Shown: positions 41,346 through 49,868 of the stretch, piece by piece
Numbering within the stretch: position 1 is the first letter of the stretch
Layout of the letters: each line of letters opens with the position of its first letter
Assembly: GCA_020632795.1 (NCBI GenBank)
Contig: JACKEV010000010.1
Coordinates: 95,127 to 159,126, forward strand
Direction: 5' to 3'
Length of the DNA: 64,000 nt
From: Alphaproteobacteria bacterium
GTDB lineage: Bacteria; Myxococcota_A; UBA796; CAJQPC01
Notes under the pieces: model-generated
The model's database searches: none
The model's input: only the letters and a program-made list of their open reading frames with translations
Told to the model about the DNA's origin: nothing
Translations under genes and position numbers: made by a program

Positions 41346-43133
41346 GTGGCGAACGTCATGTCTCCGACGCTGTTTCTCCTCTCCGCAGCCCTCGCTCAAC
41401 AAGAGCATGCCGACACGTCCCAGCGACGCGATCTGGTCCCCCACGACGCCTCGGAGCTGTTCAGCAACAGCGGCAAGCGTTGGGCCATCGTCATCGGCGT
41501 CGACGAATATGAGAACCCGGACATCCAGGATCTGCGCTTCCCGGCGCAGGACGCGAGGAGCTTCGCCGATCGACTGGTGGGGAGCGGCGTCTACGCCGCC
41601 GAGCGGGTCCTGGTCCTCACGCCGGATCAGTCGGACCCCCGGTTGCGGCCCGACAAGAACAATATCCTGAGGGTGCTCCAGCAGCTGAAGGAGTTGGACG
41701 AGTTGGAGTCCGTGGTGTTCTTCTTCTCCGGTCATGGGGCCGCCGAGGAGCTTGAGGACGGTCGGGTCAACTACCTCTTCCCCGAGGATGCGGACGCCGG
41801 ACTGGCGAAGGATACGGCCATCCCCCTCAATAGGATACTATCGGATCTGTACGCGGTGGACGCAAAGAAGCGGTTCATCGTGCTGGACGCCTGCCGGAAC
41901 CAGGTCAGCGTAGGCAAGGGTCTGCAACCGCCAGCCTGGGAGGACCCCCGGTACGCTACCGCCGAGGGCACGTTCATCCTCTACGGTACAGCGTTCGGAA
42001 GCTATTCCTATGAATATGAGGATCTTGGCGCAGGGCTGCTCACCCACCACCTGGTACAGGGCATGGACGGGGCAGCAGACGGACTGGAGCAGTACGACGG
42101 CGTCGTCAGTGCGAGCGAACTCTACCGATACGTCAAGGAGCAGATGGAGAACGAGACCGTCCACCGACGCCACACACAGATCCCGGTACAGGCCGGTGAG
42201 AACTCCGGCGACATCCCCGTCCTGGTCGTCCCCGACTGGCGGGAGCATGTGCTCGCAACCCTCGACGTCACCCCATGCCGGACCGGCGTGCTCGTGCTCG
42301 ACGGCCGGAGCGTCGGCGTGGTCCAGCAAGGCGAGACCGAGCGGATCGAGCGGCTCCAGCCTGGACGCCATGAGCTGGCTCTGGATGGAGAGCACCGCGT
42401 GGTTGTGCTCAAGGAGGGCGAGTATCTGCCCATTCGCATGTGTCGAGAAGCGGCGACGCTGCGCATCACAACCCGCACAGCCGACGGCCGGGAGCTTCAT
42501 GTGCCGGTCAAGGTGGACGGCGCCCGCGTTGGCCGCACGCCCATCAACGTCGACCTGCCGGCCGGGAGTCATGCGCTGGAGTTGGGGTGGTGGCTCACCG
42601 ACACCGTGGACGTACCCGCAGGCGGCGACATCCCGCACGATCTGGTTGTTGAGCACCGGGGCGCCCGGAGCGTCGCTCTCACCGGCGCGGTGCTCCAAGG
42701 GGCCGGCACCGCGCTCGCTGTCGGCGCGCTGTCCCCGACCTGCGGCGCTGTCGCAGCCGGAGACCACCCGGAGGGTTGGGTCGCCGCCAACGCGGTGGGC
42801 TGGGGCACCGCAGGGCTCGGTCTCGGTCTCACGATCGCGGGAGGCCTCCGCTGGCAGGAGCCAGAGGCCTGGCTGGTCGGCGGCGCTGGTCTCGCGGCCT
42901 CTGGCCTCGGCGCGGCCCTGGGCGCGACGGGGATCTCCCACGTGCACGCCGACTCCTCCGGCACGCCCGCCTGCGTTGTCGCAGGCACCACCGATCCGCT
43001 CCGCAGCGCCGCGATCCTGGGGTGGTCGGCGGCTGGCGTGGGGGCGGCTGCGCTGGGGGTCGGGGCGTGGAGAACGCGCTCGGCATCCGTGAACATCGGC
43101 CCCGGCTGGGTCCGAATCAGCGGGCGCTTCTGA
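41346..43133 (+). CDS. Caspase-domain (peptidase C14) protein, extracytoplasmic, dyad intact
   Basis: Signal peptide, then WAIVIGVDEY...FFFSGHGA...IVLDACRNQ. Paralog of 24645..26429. Confidence 0.75.
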   Translation: MANVMSPTLFLLSAALAQQEHADTSQRRDLVPHDASELFSNSGKRWAIVIGVDEYENPDIQDLRFPAQDARSFADRLVGSGVYAAERVLVLTPDQSDPRLRPDKNNILRVLQQLKELDELESVVFFFSGHGAAEELEDGRVNYLFPEDADAGLAKDTAIPLNRILSDLYAVDAKKRFIVLDACRNQVSVGKGLQPPAWEDPRYATAEGTFILYGTAFGSYSYEYEDLGAGLLTHHLVQGMDGAADGLEQYDGVVSASELYRYVKEQMENETVHRRHTQIPVQAGENSGDIPVLVVPDWREHVLATLDVTPCRTGVLVLDGRSVGVVQQGETERIERLQPGRHELALDGEHRVVVLKEGEYLPIRMCREAATLRITTRTADGRELHVPVKVDGARVGRTPINVDLPAGSHALELGWWLTDTVDVPAGGDIPHDLVVEHRGARSVALTGAVLQGAGTALAVGALSPTCGAVAAGDHPEGWVAANAVGWGTAGLGLGLTIAGGLRWQEPEAWLVGGAGLAASGLGAALGATGISHVHADSSGTPACVVAGTTDPLRSAAILGWSAAGVGAAALGVGAWRTRSASVNIGPGWVRISGRF

Positions 43134-44809
43134 TGCTCGCCCCGCTGCTGGTCGCGGCCATCGGCTGCGCGCTCCCCCTTCTCCAGGATCAGGACAACGA
43201 CGGCTTTGGTGTCCTGGTCGACTGTGATGATGCGGACGCCGAACGGCACCCCTTCGCCAACGACGTCGCGCAGGACGGCGTCGACCAGAACTGCGACGGC
43301 GTGGACGGCACGGACGCCGACGGCGACGGCCAGGCGTCCATGGAGACTGGCGGCGAGGACTGCGATGATGCCGATGTCGACGTCTTTTCGGAAGCCCCAG
43401 AGATCTGTGGGGACGGCGTGGTCAACGACTGCGATTCCGACGCCGGGCGGGCCCTGGCGATCTGCGGTCTGTCCGGGGGCCGCTCCGTCACAGAGGCCGA
43501 CGCGCGCATGCTCGGCCGGGTCGACCACAGCAACGCGGGCTCCGCGGCGTCGGCCGTCGGAGACATGGACGGTGACGGGCTACCCGACCTCCTGATCGGC
43601 GCCCCGGTCGACGGTGGAGAGGGGGTGGTCTGGGTGATCTCCGGGATGGCCCGGGGCGATCTCACCCTGGGGACGGACACCATCGGCTCCATCCGCGGCT
43701 TGAGCGGCAACTCCCGCGCGGGGTTCGCCGTCTCAGGGGTCGGGGACATGAACGGCGACGGCTGGGACGACGTCCTGATCGGTTCTCCCTTCCAGGACAC
43801 CCAGGGCGAGGACGACGGCGCCGCGCACCTGGTGCTGGGACCGGTGAGCGGCGACCTGTCGCTGACGGCCGACGCCCACGCCACCCTGGTCGGCGAGAGC
43901 GTCAGCGATCTCGCCGGGTACGCCGTCGCCTCGGCCGGAGACATCGACGGGGACGGCCAACCCGACGTGCTGGTCACGAGCCCCGGCGACGATCAAGGTG
44001 GAGACAGCGCGGGCGCGACCTACCTGCTCCCCGGACCGCTGGAGGGGACCCTCTCGCTGGCCGTCGCCTTCAAGCTCTCCGGCGAAGAAGCTGGCGACCA
44101 GGCGGGTCACGCCGCCGCAGCCGTCGGCGACGTCGATGGTGACGGGGTGGACGACCTGCTCATCGGGTCATACCTGGCGGGTTCCGACGACCGCGGAGCG
44201 GCCTACCTCATTCTGGGCCCCGTCAGGAACTCCTTCGGCCTGCATGACGCGGATGCAAAGCTCATCGGTGACCAGGACGACTGCGGGGCCGGGCACAGCG
44301 TCGCAGCCGCCGGGGACGTGAACGGTGACGGTCTGGCCGATATCCTGGTCGGCGCGCCCTACATGGACCGGGACAGGCAGTGGGCCACCGGTGCGGCCTA
44401 TTTGGTATTCGGCCCGGTCGGCTACGGAGGTCGGCTGGCCTCCGCCCAGGCAACCCTCACGAGCAGCCGAGAAGGGTCGCTCGCAGGGTGGTCCGTGGAC
44501 AGCGCCGGGGACGTGGACGGGGACGGCCACGGCGACCTCCTCGTGGGTGCTCTGACCGACAGCCGGGCCGGGCCGGAGGCCGGAGCGGTCCACCTCGTCC
44601 GCGGCCCAGTCATCGGGCACGTCGAGCTGGCGGACGCGGACGGTCGGTTCACCGGAGCGCAGGCCTACGGGCGGCTGGGAAAGGCCGTCGCCGGGGTCGG
44701 TGATGTCGACGGAGACGGCTTCGACGACGTCCTGCTCGGTGCCCATGCTTCCGGCGAGGACCACCCCTTCCCCGGCGCCGCGTACCTGCTGCTGGGCGGC
44801 GGACTGTAG
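43133..44809 (+). CDS. MopE-motif + FG-GAP repeat lipoprotein
   Basis: ATG overlaps the caspase stop (TGATG at 43131-43135). MLAPLLVAAIGC lipobox; multiple FG-GAP units. Confidence 0.7.
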   Translation: MLAPLLVAAIGCALPLLQDQDNDGFGVLVDCDDADAERHPFANDVAQDGVDQNCDGVDGTDADGDGQASMETGGEDCDDADVDVFSEAPEICGDGVVNDCDSDAGRALAICGLSGGRSVTEADARMLGRVDHSNAGSAASAVGDMDGDGLPDLLIGAPVDGGEGVVWVISGMARGDLTLGTDTIGSIRGLSGNSRAGFAVSGVGDMNGDGWDDVLIGSPFQDTQGEDDGAAHLVLGPVSGDLSLTADAHATLVGESVSDLAGYAVASAGDIDGDGQPDVLVTSPGDDQGGDSAGATYLLPGPLEGTLSLAVAFKLSGEEAGDQAGHAAAAVGDVDGDGVDDLLIGSYLAGSDDRGAAYLILGPVRNSFGLHDADAKLIGDQDDCGAGHSVAAAGDVNGDGLADILVGAPYMDRDRQWATGAAYLVFGPVGYGGRLASAQATLTSSREGSLAGWSVDSAGDVDGDGHGDLLVGALTDSRAGPEAGAVHLVRGPVIGHVELADADGRFTGAQAYGRLGKAVAGVGDVDGDGFDDVLLGAHASGEDHPFPGAAYLLLGGGL

Positions 44810-44848
44810 CCAAACTCACCAGCCGCAACCATCCAAAGGAGCTGCACG

Positions 44849-46525
44849 TTGTCCCCTGCCCTCTTCCTGCTCGTCGCCTGTGGGGCCGATCTGATCCGAG
44901 ACACAGACGCCGACGGGTACATCGATGCCCTGGACTGCCAGCCCTACAACCCTTCGGTCAACCCCAGCGCGAACGACGCGACAGGGGACGGCGTCGATCA
45001 GAACTGTGACGGTGTCGATGGCACCGACGTTGACGGGGACGGCCAAGCCTCCGTGGAGTCCGGGGGAGAGGACTGTAATGATTGGGATCCACTGGCCTAC
45101 ACAGGCGCGTACGAGACTTGCGAGGACAGGATCGTATCGGATTGCGCGCTGACCATCCGCGAGGCGAGCGCCCTCTGTTGGGGGGATCTGAGCTTGGCGG
45201 AGGCGCACTTCAGAGTGTACGGCGAGATGCCCTCTGAAGAGATCGGGGTATCCGTCGCGGGCGCCGGAGATGTCAACGGGGACGGTTTCAATGACCTGAT
45301 CCTGGGGTCCTGGGGCGACACACCCAACGGGCCCTGGTCCGGCTCCTCCCATGTGGTCTATGGACCCTTGACCGGATCAGCGGATATCAGCGCGACCAGC
45401 GACGCGCGACTGGAGGGCGAGGCCGAGGGCGACTTCGCAGGTCACCGCGTGGCCGGTACAGGCGACTTCAATGGGGACGGCTTCGACGACGTCCTCGTCG
45501 GAGCCCATGACAACGACGAGGGAGGCGCGCACGCCGGCGCCGCCTACCTCATCCTGGGCCCGGTGTCGGGAACAATGGGCCTCGCGGACGCCCCGCTCAA
45601 GCTCCTGGGTGAGCGCGCTGGCGCGTGGGCCGGCTGGGCCGTCGCCCCCGCGGGGGACGTGAACGACGACGGCTACCAGGACATCCTGGTCGGTGCCACC
45701 GCGACGGCGAGCGAAGCCGACGGCCTGGGCGCCGTCCACCTCATCCTCGGCCAGGAATTGAGCACCGACGAGGTTCGCTCCCTCTCGGAGGCCGACGCCA
45801 CCCTGCGCGGCGTCACCTGGAACGATGCGACGGGCGTGTCTACCACAGGTGGGGGTGATCTCAATGGAGATGGCCTGGACGATCTCCTGGTGGGCGCGAA
45901 CGAGGTGCTTCCTGGCGGCCCTGGCGTCGTCTACGCTGTCATGTCCCCGGTTTACGGCGACTTCGACCTCCGAGATGCCGACGCCACCCTCCGCGGAGAA
46001 TCTCCCTACGACACCGTCGGCGAGTCCGTGGCCAGCGCTGGCGACGTAGACGGCGACGGAAACGCAGACGTGCTCATCGGTGCCCCCCAGGGCGTCGACC
46101 CGCACTTGGGCCCCGGCCGCGCGTATCTGGTCCTGGGCCCTCTGTGGGGAGAGCGTCCTCTGGACACCGCCGACGCGGTGTTGGTGGGTGAAGCCTACGG
46201 GGACCGAGCAGGCTATTCGGTGGCTGCGGCTGGCGATGTGAATGGGGATCAGCACGCCGATCTTCTTGTCGGCACGTACCAGGCGCTGAGAGCGGACGAC
46301 CCACCTGGTCTGGCCTACCTCGTACTTGGGCCGGTCAGCGGACATGTGGATCTTGGAGAGGCCGACGGCCGTCTCGTCGGAGAGTCCACGCACGGCCGCG
46401 CCGGCTTCTCGGTGGCCAGCGCGGGTGACGTCAACGGAGACGGCCTCGACGACCTCCTGATCGGTGCAATCGGTGAGCGGGAATTCGCAGGCGCAGCCTA
46501 CGTCTTCCACGGCAGGAGCTACTGA
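44849..46525 (+). CDS. MopE-motif + FG-GAP repeat lipoprotein
   Basis: TTG start with AAGGAG 7 nt upstream. LLVACG lipobox; FG-GAP units throughout. Confidence 0.7.
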   Translation: MSPALFLLVACGADLIRDTDADGYIDALDCQPYNPSVNPSANDATGDGVDQNCDGVDGTDVDGDGQASVESGGEDCNDWDPLAYTGAYETCEDRIVSDCALTIREASALCWGDLSLAEAHFRVYGEMPSEEIGVSVAGAGDVNGDGFNDLILGSWGDTPNGPWSGSSHVVYGPLTGSADISATSDARLEGEAEGDFAGHRVAGTGDFNGDGFDDVLVGAHDNDEGGAHAGAAYLILGPVSGTMGLADAPLKLLGERAGAWAGWAVAPAGDVNDDGYQDILVGATATASEADGLGAVHLILGQELSTDEVRSLSEADATLRGVTWNDATGVSTTGGGDLNGDGLDDLLVGANEVLPGGPGVVYAVMSPVYGDFDLRDADATLRGESPYDTVGESVASAGDVDGDGNADVLIGAPQGVDPHLGPGRAYLVLGPLWGERPLDTADAVLVGEAYGDRAGYSVAAAGDVNGDQHADLLVGTYQALRADDPPGLAYLVLGPVSGHVDLGEADGRLVGESTHGRAGFSVASAGDVNGDGLDDLLIGAIGEREFAGAAYVFHGRSY

Positions 46526-48312
46526 TGACATCCCGAACCGCGGCCCTTCATCTGCACTCCCTCATTCTTCTCTGCATCGGATGCGGTCCGGATCGAGACC
46601 ACGACGGGTGGGCAGACCCGGCGGACTGCGAGCCCGAGCGCTACAGCATCCACCCTGGCGCCGACGACCTGACCCAGGACGGCATTGACCAGGACTGCGA
46701 CGGCGTAGACGGCACAGACCTGGACGGTGACGGACAAGCCTCCCTGAGGAGCGGTGGCGCTGACTGTGATGATCAAGACGCCACCGTCTACGCGGGCGCC
46801 GAAGACATCTGCCTCAACGGCGTGAGGGAGGACTGTGACAAGCGCGACGCGCTACCTGGCCCGCACAAGCGCTTCTCCCGGCCGTTGACCTTGAGCGAGC
46901 AAAGCCTGCTGCTCCCTGGCTTGGAGGCCTACGGCTTCCACGGCCGCTCCGCGAGCGGCGCTGGAGACGCCGACGGAGACGGGGTGGCCGGAGATGTACT
47001 GATCGGCGCGTTCAAGGTGGACGGATCCGCCACAGACAGCGGTGCGGCCTACCTCTACAGCGCTGTAGACCTGCGACAGGGCATCGCGTCACCGAGGACC
47101 ACCATCGTCGGAGAGAACGCGCACGATCTGGCCGGGTTCGCGGTGGCCGGTCTCGGAGACGTCAACGGGGACGGCACCGACGATCTGCTCATCAGCGCGC
47201 ACGCCTCGAGCATGGCCGCCGAAGGGGCCGGTGCTGTCTACCTGATCCTCGGGCCGGTGACCGGTGCGCAGTTGGACCTCGCGAACGCTCCCGTCAAGCT
47301 CCTTGGCCAGGACAGGTCCATGAACGTCGGCAGTCATCTGGCGAGCGCCGGAGATTTCAACGGCGACGGGCTTCAGGATCTTGCGGTCGACTCGGTATCC
47401 GGCATCAGATCCTACGGTGACGTGGCGGTGCTGTTGGGTTCGGAGGACTGGCACCCCGATGATCCCCTCACCATCGGCTTCTCGGAAGCGGAGCTGAGCA
47501 TCCGGGGCGACCTCTCCTGGCGGGAATCCGGAGCATGGTTCGCGCTGGCGTCGGCCGGGGACATCAACGGGGATGGGCTGGACGACCTGCTCGTGGGCGC
47601 CACAAAGAGCGACAAATGCAGGGAGGCCGCCTGGGCTGGTGCGGCGGCCTTGTTCCTGGGCGACGAGCGCGCTGGGGGCCTGCTGTCCTGGCGCGACGCC
47701 GCCCTCCGAATGGAGGGCGTGAGCCCCGGAGACTGCGCCGGCTCGGCCGTGGCCGCAGGCGACCTGGACGGCGACGGCTGGCCGGAGTTGGTGATCGGCG
47801 CTGAACGTGTCCACAGGGACGATCCCAAACAGTACAACGGGGCCGTCTACGTGGTGGACCTGGAAGAGGAGGGAATGAACACGGAGGGGCCGTTGGCGAT
47901 GACCTTGGACGACGCGACCGCGACCTGGTACGGCGAGCCGGGCGACGGGTCAGCGTCAGCGTTGCCCGGCGACGCTGCTGGGAAGTCCATCGCTGCGGTG
48001 CGACGCTGCGACGAGCGAGCAGACCTCCTGATCGGACGGCCAAAGGGTGGCGTCGACTCCGAAGGCGCGGCCAGCCTCGTCACCTACAGCGGACCGGGCA
48101 CCTTCAACCTCACCGACCGAGGTGTTGACCTGCTCGGAAACACCGGCAGTTCCGAGACCGGCAACCATGTGGCGAGCGCGGGCGACGTTGACGGCGACGG
48201 CTGGGAAGACCTGCTCATCGGCGCACACCAGCTCCGGGGTGACCTGGACGGGGACGGTTCCTTTGGGGACAACGCGGTGGGCGGCGCCTACCTGCTGCTG
48301 ACGGGTCCGTGA
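46525..48312 (+). CDS. MopE-motif + FG-GAP repeat lipoprotein
   Basis: ATG overlaps the previous stop (TGATG at 46523-46527). LILLCIGC lipobox; FG-GAP units. Confidence 0.7.
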   Translation: MTSRTAALHLHSLILLCIGCGPDRDHDGWADPADCEPERYSIHPGADDLTQDGIDQDCDGVDGTDLDGDGQASLRSGGADCDDQDATVYAGAEDICLNGVREDCDKRDALPGPHKRFSRPLTLSEQSLLLPGLEAYGFHGRSASGAGDADGDGVAGDVLIGAFKVDGSATDSGAAYLYSAVDLRQGIASPRTTIVGENAHDLAGFAVAGLGDVNGDGTDDLLISAHASSMAAEGAGAVYLILGPVTGAQLDLANAPVKLLGQDRSMNVGSHLASAGDFNGDGLQDLAVDSVSGIRSYGDVAVLLGSEDWHPDDPLTIGFSEAELSIRGDLSWRESGAWFALASAGDINGDGLDDLLVGATKSDKCREAAWAGAAALFLGDERAGGLLSWRDAALRMEGVSPGDCAGSAVAAGDLDGDGWPELVIGAERVHRDDPKQYNGAVYVVDLEEEGMNTEGPLAMTLDDATATWYGEPGDGSASALPGDAAGKSIAAVRRCDERADLLIGRPKGGVDSEGAASLVTYSGPGTFNLTDRGVDLLGNTGSSETGNHVASAGDVDGDGWEDLLIGAHQLRGDLDGDGSFGDNAVGGAYLLLTGP

Positions 48313-48495
48313 AGTTGCCCCGACCTCAGCCCCATCGAGATGACCATCTCCAAGATCAAAGCGCGCTTGGGAGGCATGAAGGCTCGAATCCTGGACCTGC
48401 TGGAGACCGTACTCCGAAGCGCCTGGGCAGCAATCACAACAGATGCAGGCGCGGCCTGGTTTCGGCACCACGGCTACCCGATGGCATCAAGTTGA
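48313..48495 (+). pseudogene. IS630-family transposase C-terminal remnant
   Basis: The frame after the FG-GAP stop reads SCPDLSPIEMTISKIKARLGG...AWAAITTDAGAAWFRHHGY. This resembles the conserved IS630 C-terminus (SPDLNPIE...WF.HCGY). There is no upstream DDE domain. Confidence 0.45.
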
Positions 48496-48511
48496 CGGTG
48501 GAATCCTGTAT

Positions 48512-48769
48512 TCAACAATACCTTCCGTAGACACAAATCACTTCCGCTCCCCTGACGTCTGCCGATTGGCAATAACATATGCCTGCGTCAACGTTAAGGT
48601 TATACAAACAAACCTCGGCACACACGTCCAGCGGCAACGTACCCTCGACCCCACCCGTCACGATTCCCTCCTCCTCCAACCCTTCGGTCGACAGATAGAC
48701 GGAGGCCGTCTCCCTGACGCCGAACTTGCACAACCATCCATCCCCAATTTCAAGGGAACCGTCATGCAT
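48512..48769 (-). CDS. Small Cys-rich protein, family copy A (no signal peptide, possibly decayed)
   Basis: WLCKFGVRETASVYLSTEGLEEE...GVEGTLPLDVCAEVCLYNLNVDAGICYCQSADVRGAEVICVYGRYC. The Cys pattern is shared with copies B-D. Confidence 0.4.
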   Translation of the reverse strand: MHDGSLEIGDGWLCKFGVRETASVYLSTEGLEEEGIVTGGVEGTLPLDVCAEVCLYNLNVDAGICYCQSADVRGAEVICVYGRYC

Positions 48770-48835
48770 ACGACAAGGAACGACCGGAATGTCATACGAT
48801 GAGCCCTCTTGTCCCAGTTCAAGACCATCATCTCC
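48770..48835. repeat. Duplicated 5' region of Cys-rich gene copy A (partner at 51612-51680)
   Basis: CATACGATGAGCCCTCTTGTCCCAGTTCAAGACCATCATCTCCATCC versus CGTACGATGAGCCCACTTGTCCCAACTCATGATGTTCACCTCCATC. Confidence 0.55.
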
Positions 48836-49034
48836 ATCCTTTATTCAGATCGCTCGGTCGCGTGCTCGTAGCGTGCCATGCAGGGCATGGACAGGCGGTT
48901 CGACTGGCGGGGATGGCCGGCCAGGGGCCACAGCAGCCTGAGGAGAGGTCTACACATCTGGAGCAGATGACCCCCACCCCACCGCGCGCGACTGCTCGCA
49001 TCCAAGGGTCCTTTCATGCGTCTCGCTCCACCTT

Positions 49035-49131
49035 CGGGTCCTTCGCAGTATACCCGCTCCAACGGGGCGTCGTCGCCTGCGGATCCGCTGTTCTCATCGG
49101 GGACAGGCCCGCGCTCTTCGGGTCAGACCCC
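49035..49131. repeat. About 90-bp repeat, copy 1 (partner at 52023-52109)
   Basis: CGGGTCCTTCGCAGTATACCCGCTCCAACGGGGCGTCGTCGCCTGCGGATCCGCTG.TCTCATCGGGGA.AGGCC.GCGCTC.TCGG is about 85% identical to the second copy. Confidence 0.6.
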
Positions 49132-49190
49132 GGGATTCACAGTCCCGGCGATCAAGCGCCCGAATACTCCACGAATCATGGTTCTCGAAG

Positions 49191-49526
49191 TCAGCAGATT
49201 TCTTCAACGTAGCAATCAAAATCAGCCCCCCCATCATCTGTCAAGAAAAATGCGCACTCCGTGGTCTCAATATTTGCGTGCTCTATACAAATTGACCGAC
49301 AAACATCACCAGGTCCCGTACCCTCTGGGACCACAAATTCATAATCTATCGTCTCCAATTCCTCCGCCGACAGGTGAATGGTACTATACCTGGGTGGTCC
49401 CCAACCACAACAGGCTCCATTCGAAAATAGCGAGACCATCCACGTCATCCAGATTTGCCAATGAAAACGGGGCCGTGTCCTGACACTTCGACTTGATGTG
49501 TCGTTCGTTGACGAAATCCTGATCAT
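49191..49526 (-). CDS. Small Cys-rich protein, family copy B (most diverged)
   Basis: GACCGWG...YSTIHLSAEELETID...DVCRSICIEHANIETTECAFFLTDDGGADFDCYVEEIC. Cys and SAEEL positions are conserved with copy D despite DNA divergence. Confidence 0.4.
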   Translation of the reverse strand: MIRISSTNDTSSRSVRTRPRFHWQIWMTWMVSLFSNGACCGWGPPRYSTIHLSAEELETIDYEFVVPEGTGPGDVCRSICIEHANIETTECAFFLTDDGGADFDCYVEEIC

Positions 49527-49547
49527 CGTCTACCTCCGCCCACCTCT

Positions 49548-49868
49548 CTACCACACCGCATCCCGACACAACACTGCCGCCTCTCCAACCCACCACGGCA
49601 TGAACCGCTGCCAGTCCTCCGCCCGCAGGAACCCCAACACCAGGGGCGCTGAGGCCACGCCCGGAGGCACCGGAAGGCTGGCGGTCCAACGAAATCCCCG
49701 CTCGATGCGGTCCAGGGCGTCGGCGAACACCGCGGCCCACGCCAGATACTCGTTCCATGCGTCGCGCTCCACGATCCGGTGTTGGAAGAAACGTACCGCC
49801 TCCCGCAGGGTGTTGGCATCCCCCTGAGTGATCCCCTCATCTCCCAAGCCCCCCATGTCGTGGCGCAT
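49548..49868 (-). CDS. Hypothetical protein; its 5' end overlaps the proposed IS left terminus
   Basis: A 106-aa ORF with host-like GC; no motif recognised. Confidence 0.25.
   Translation of the reverse strand: MRHDMGGLGDEGITQGDANTLREAVRFFQHRIVERDAWNEYLAWAAVFADALDRIERGFRWTASLPVPPGVASAPLVLGFLRAEDWQRFMPWWVGEAAVLCRDAVW

Noticed and set aside
41113-41346. Hairpin CGCCGC-TGAA-GCGGCG in the intergenic region before the caspase gene
   Set aside because: 170 nt from the upstream stop and not followed by a T-tract. Not a convincing intrinsic terminator.
48443-48802. Plus-strand ORFs opposite the Cys-rich genes (also 51165-51728)
   Set aside because: Similarity between these copies is explained by DNA duplication. 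Minus-strand frames keep Cys spacing even in the diverged copies B and D, which indicates the minus strand is coding.
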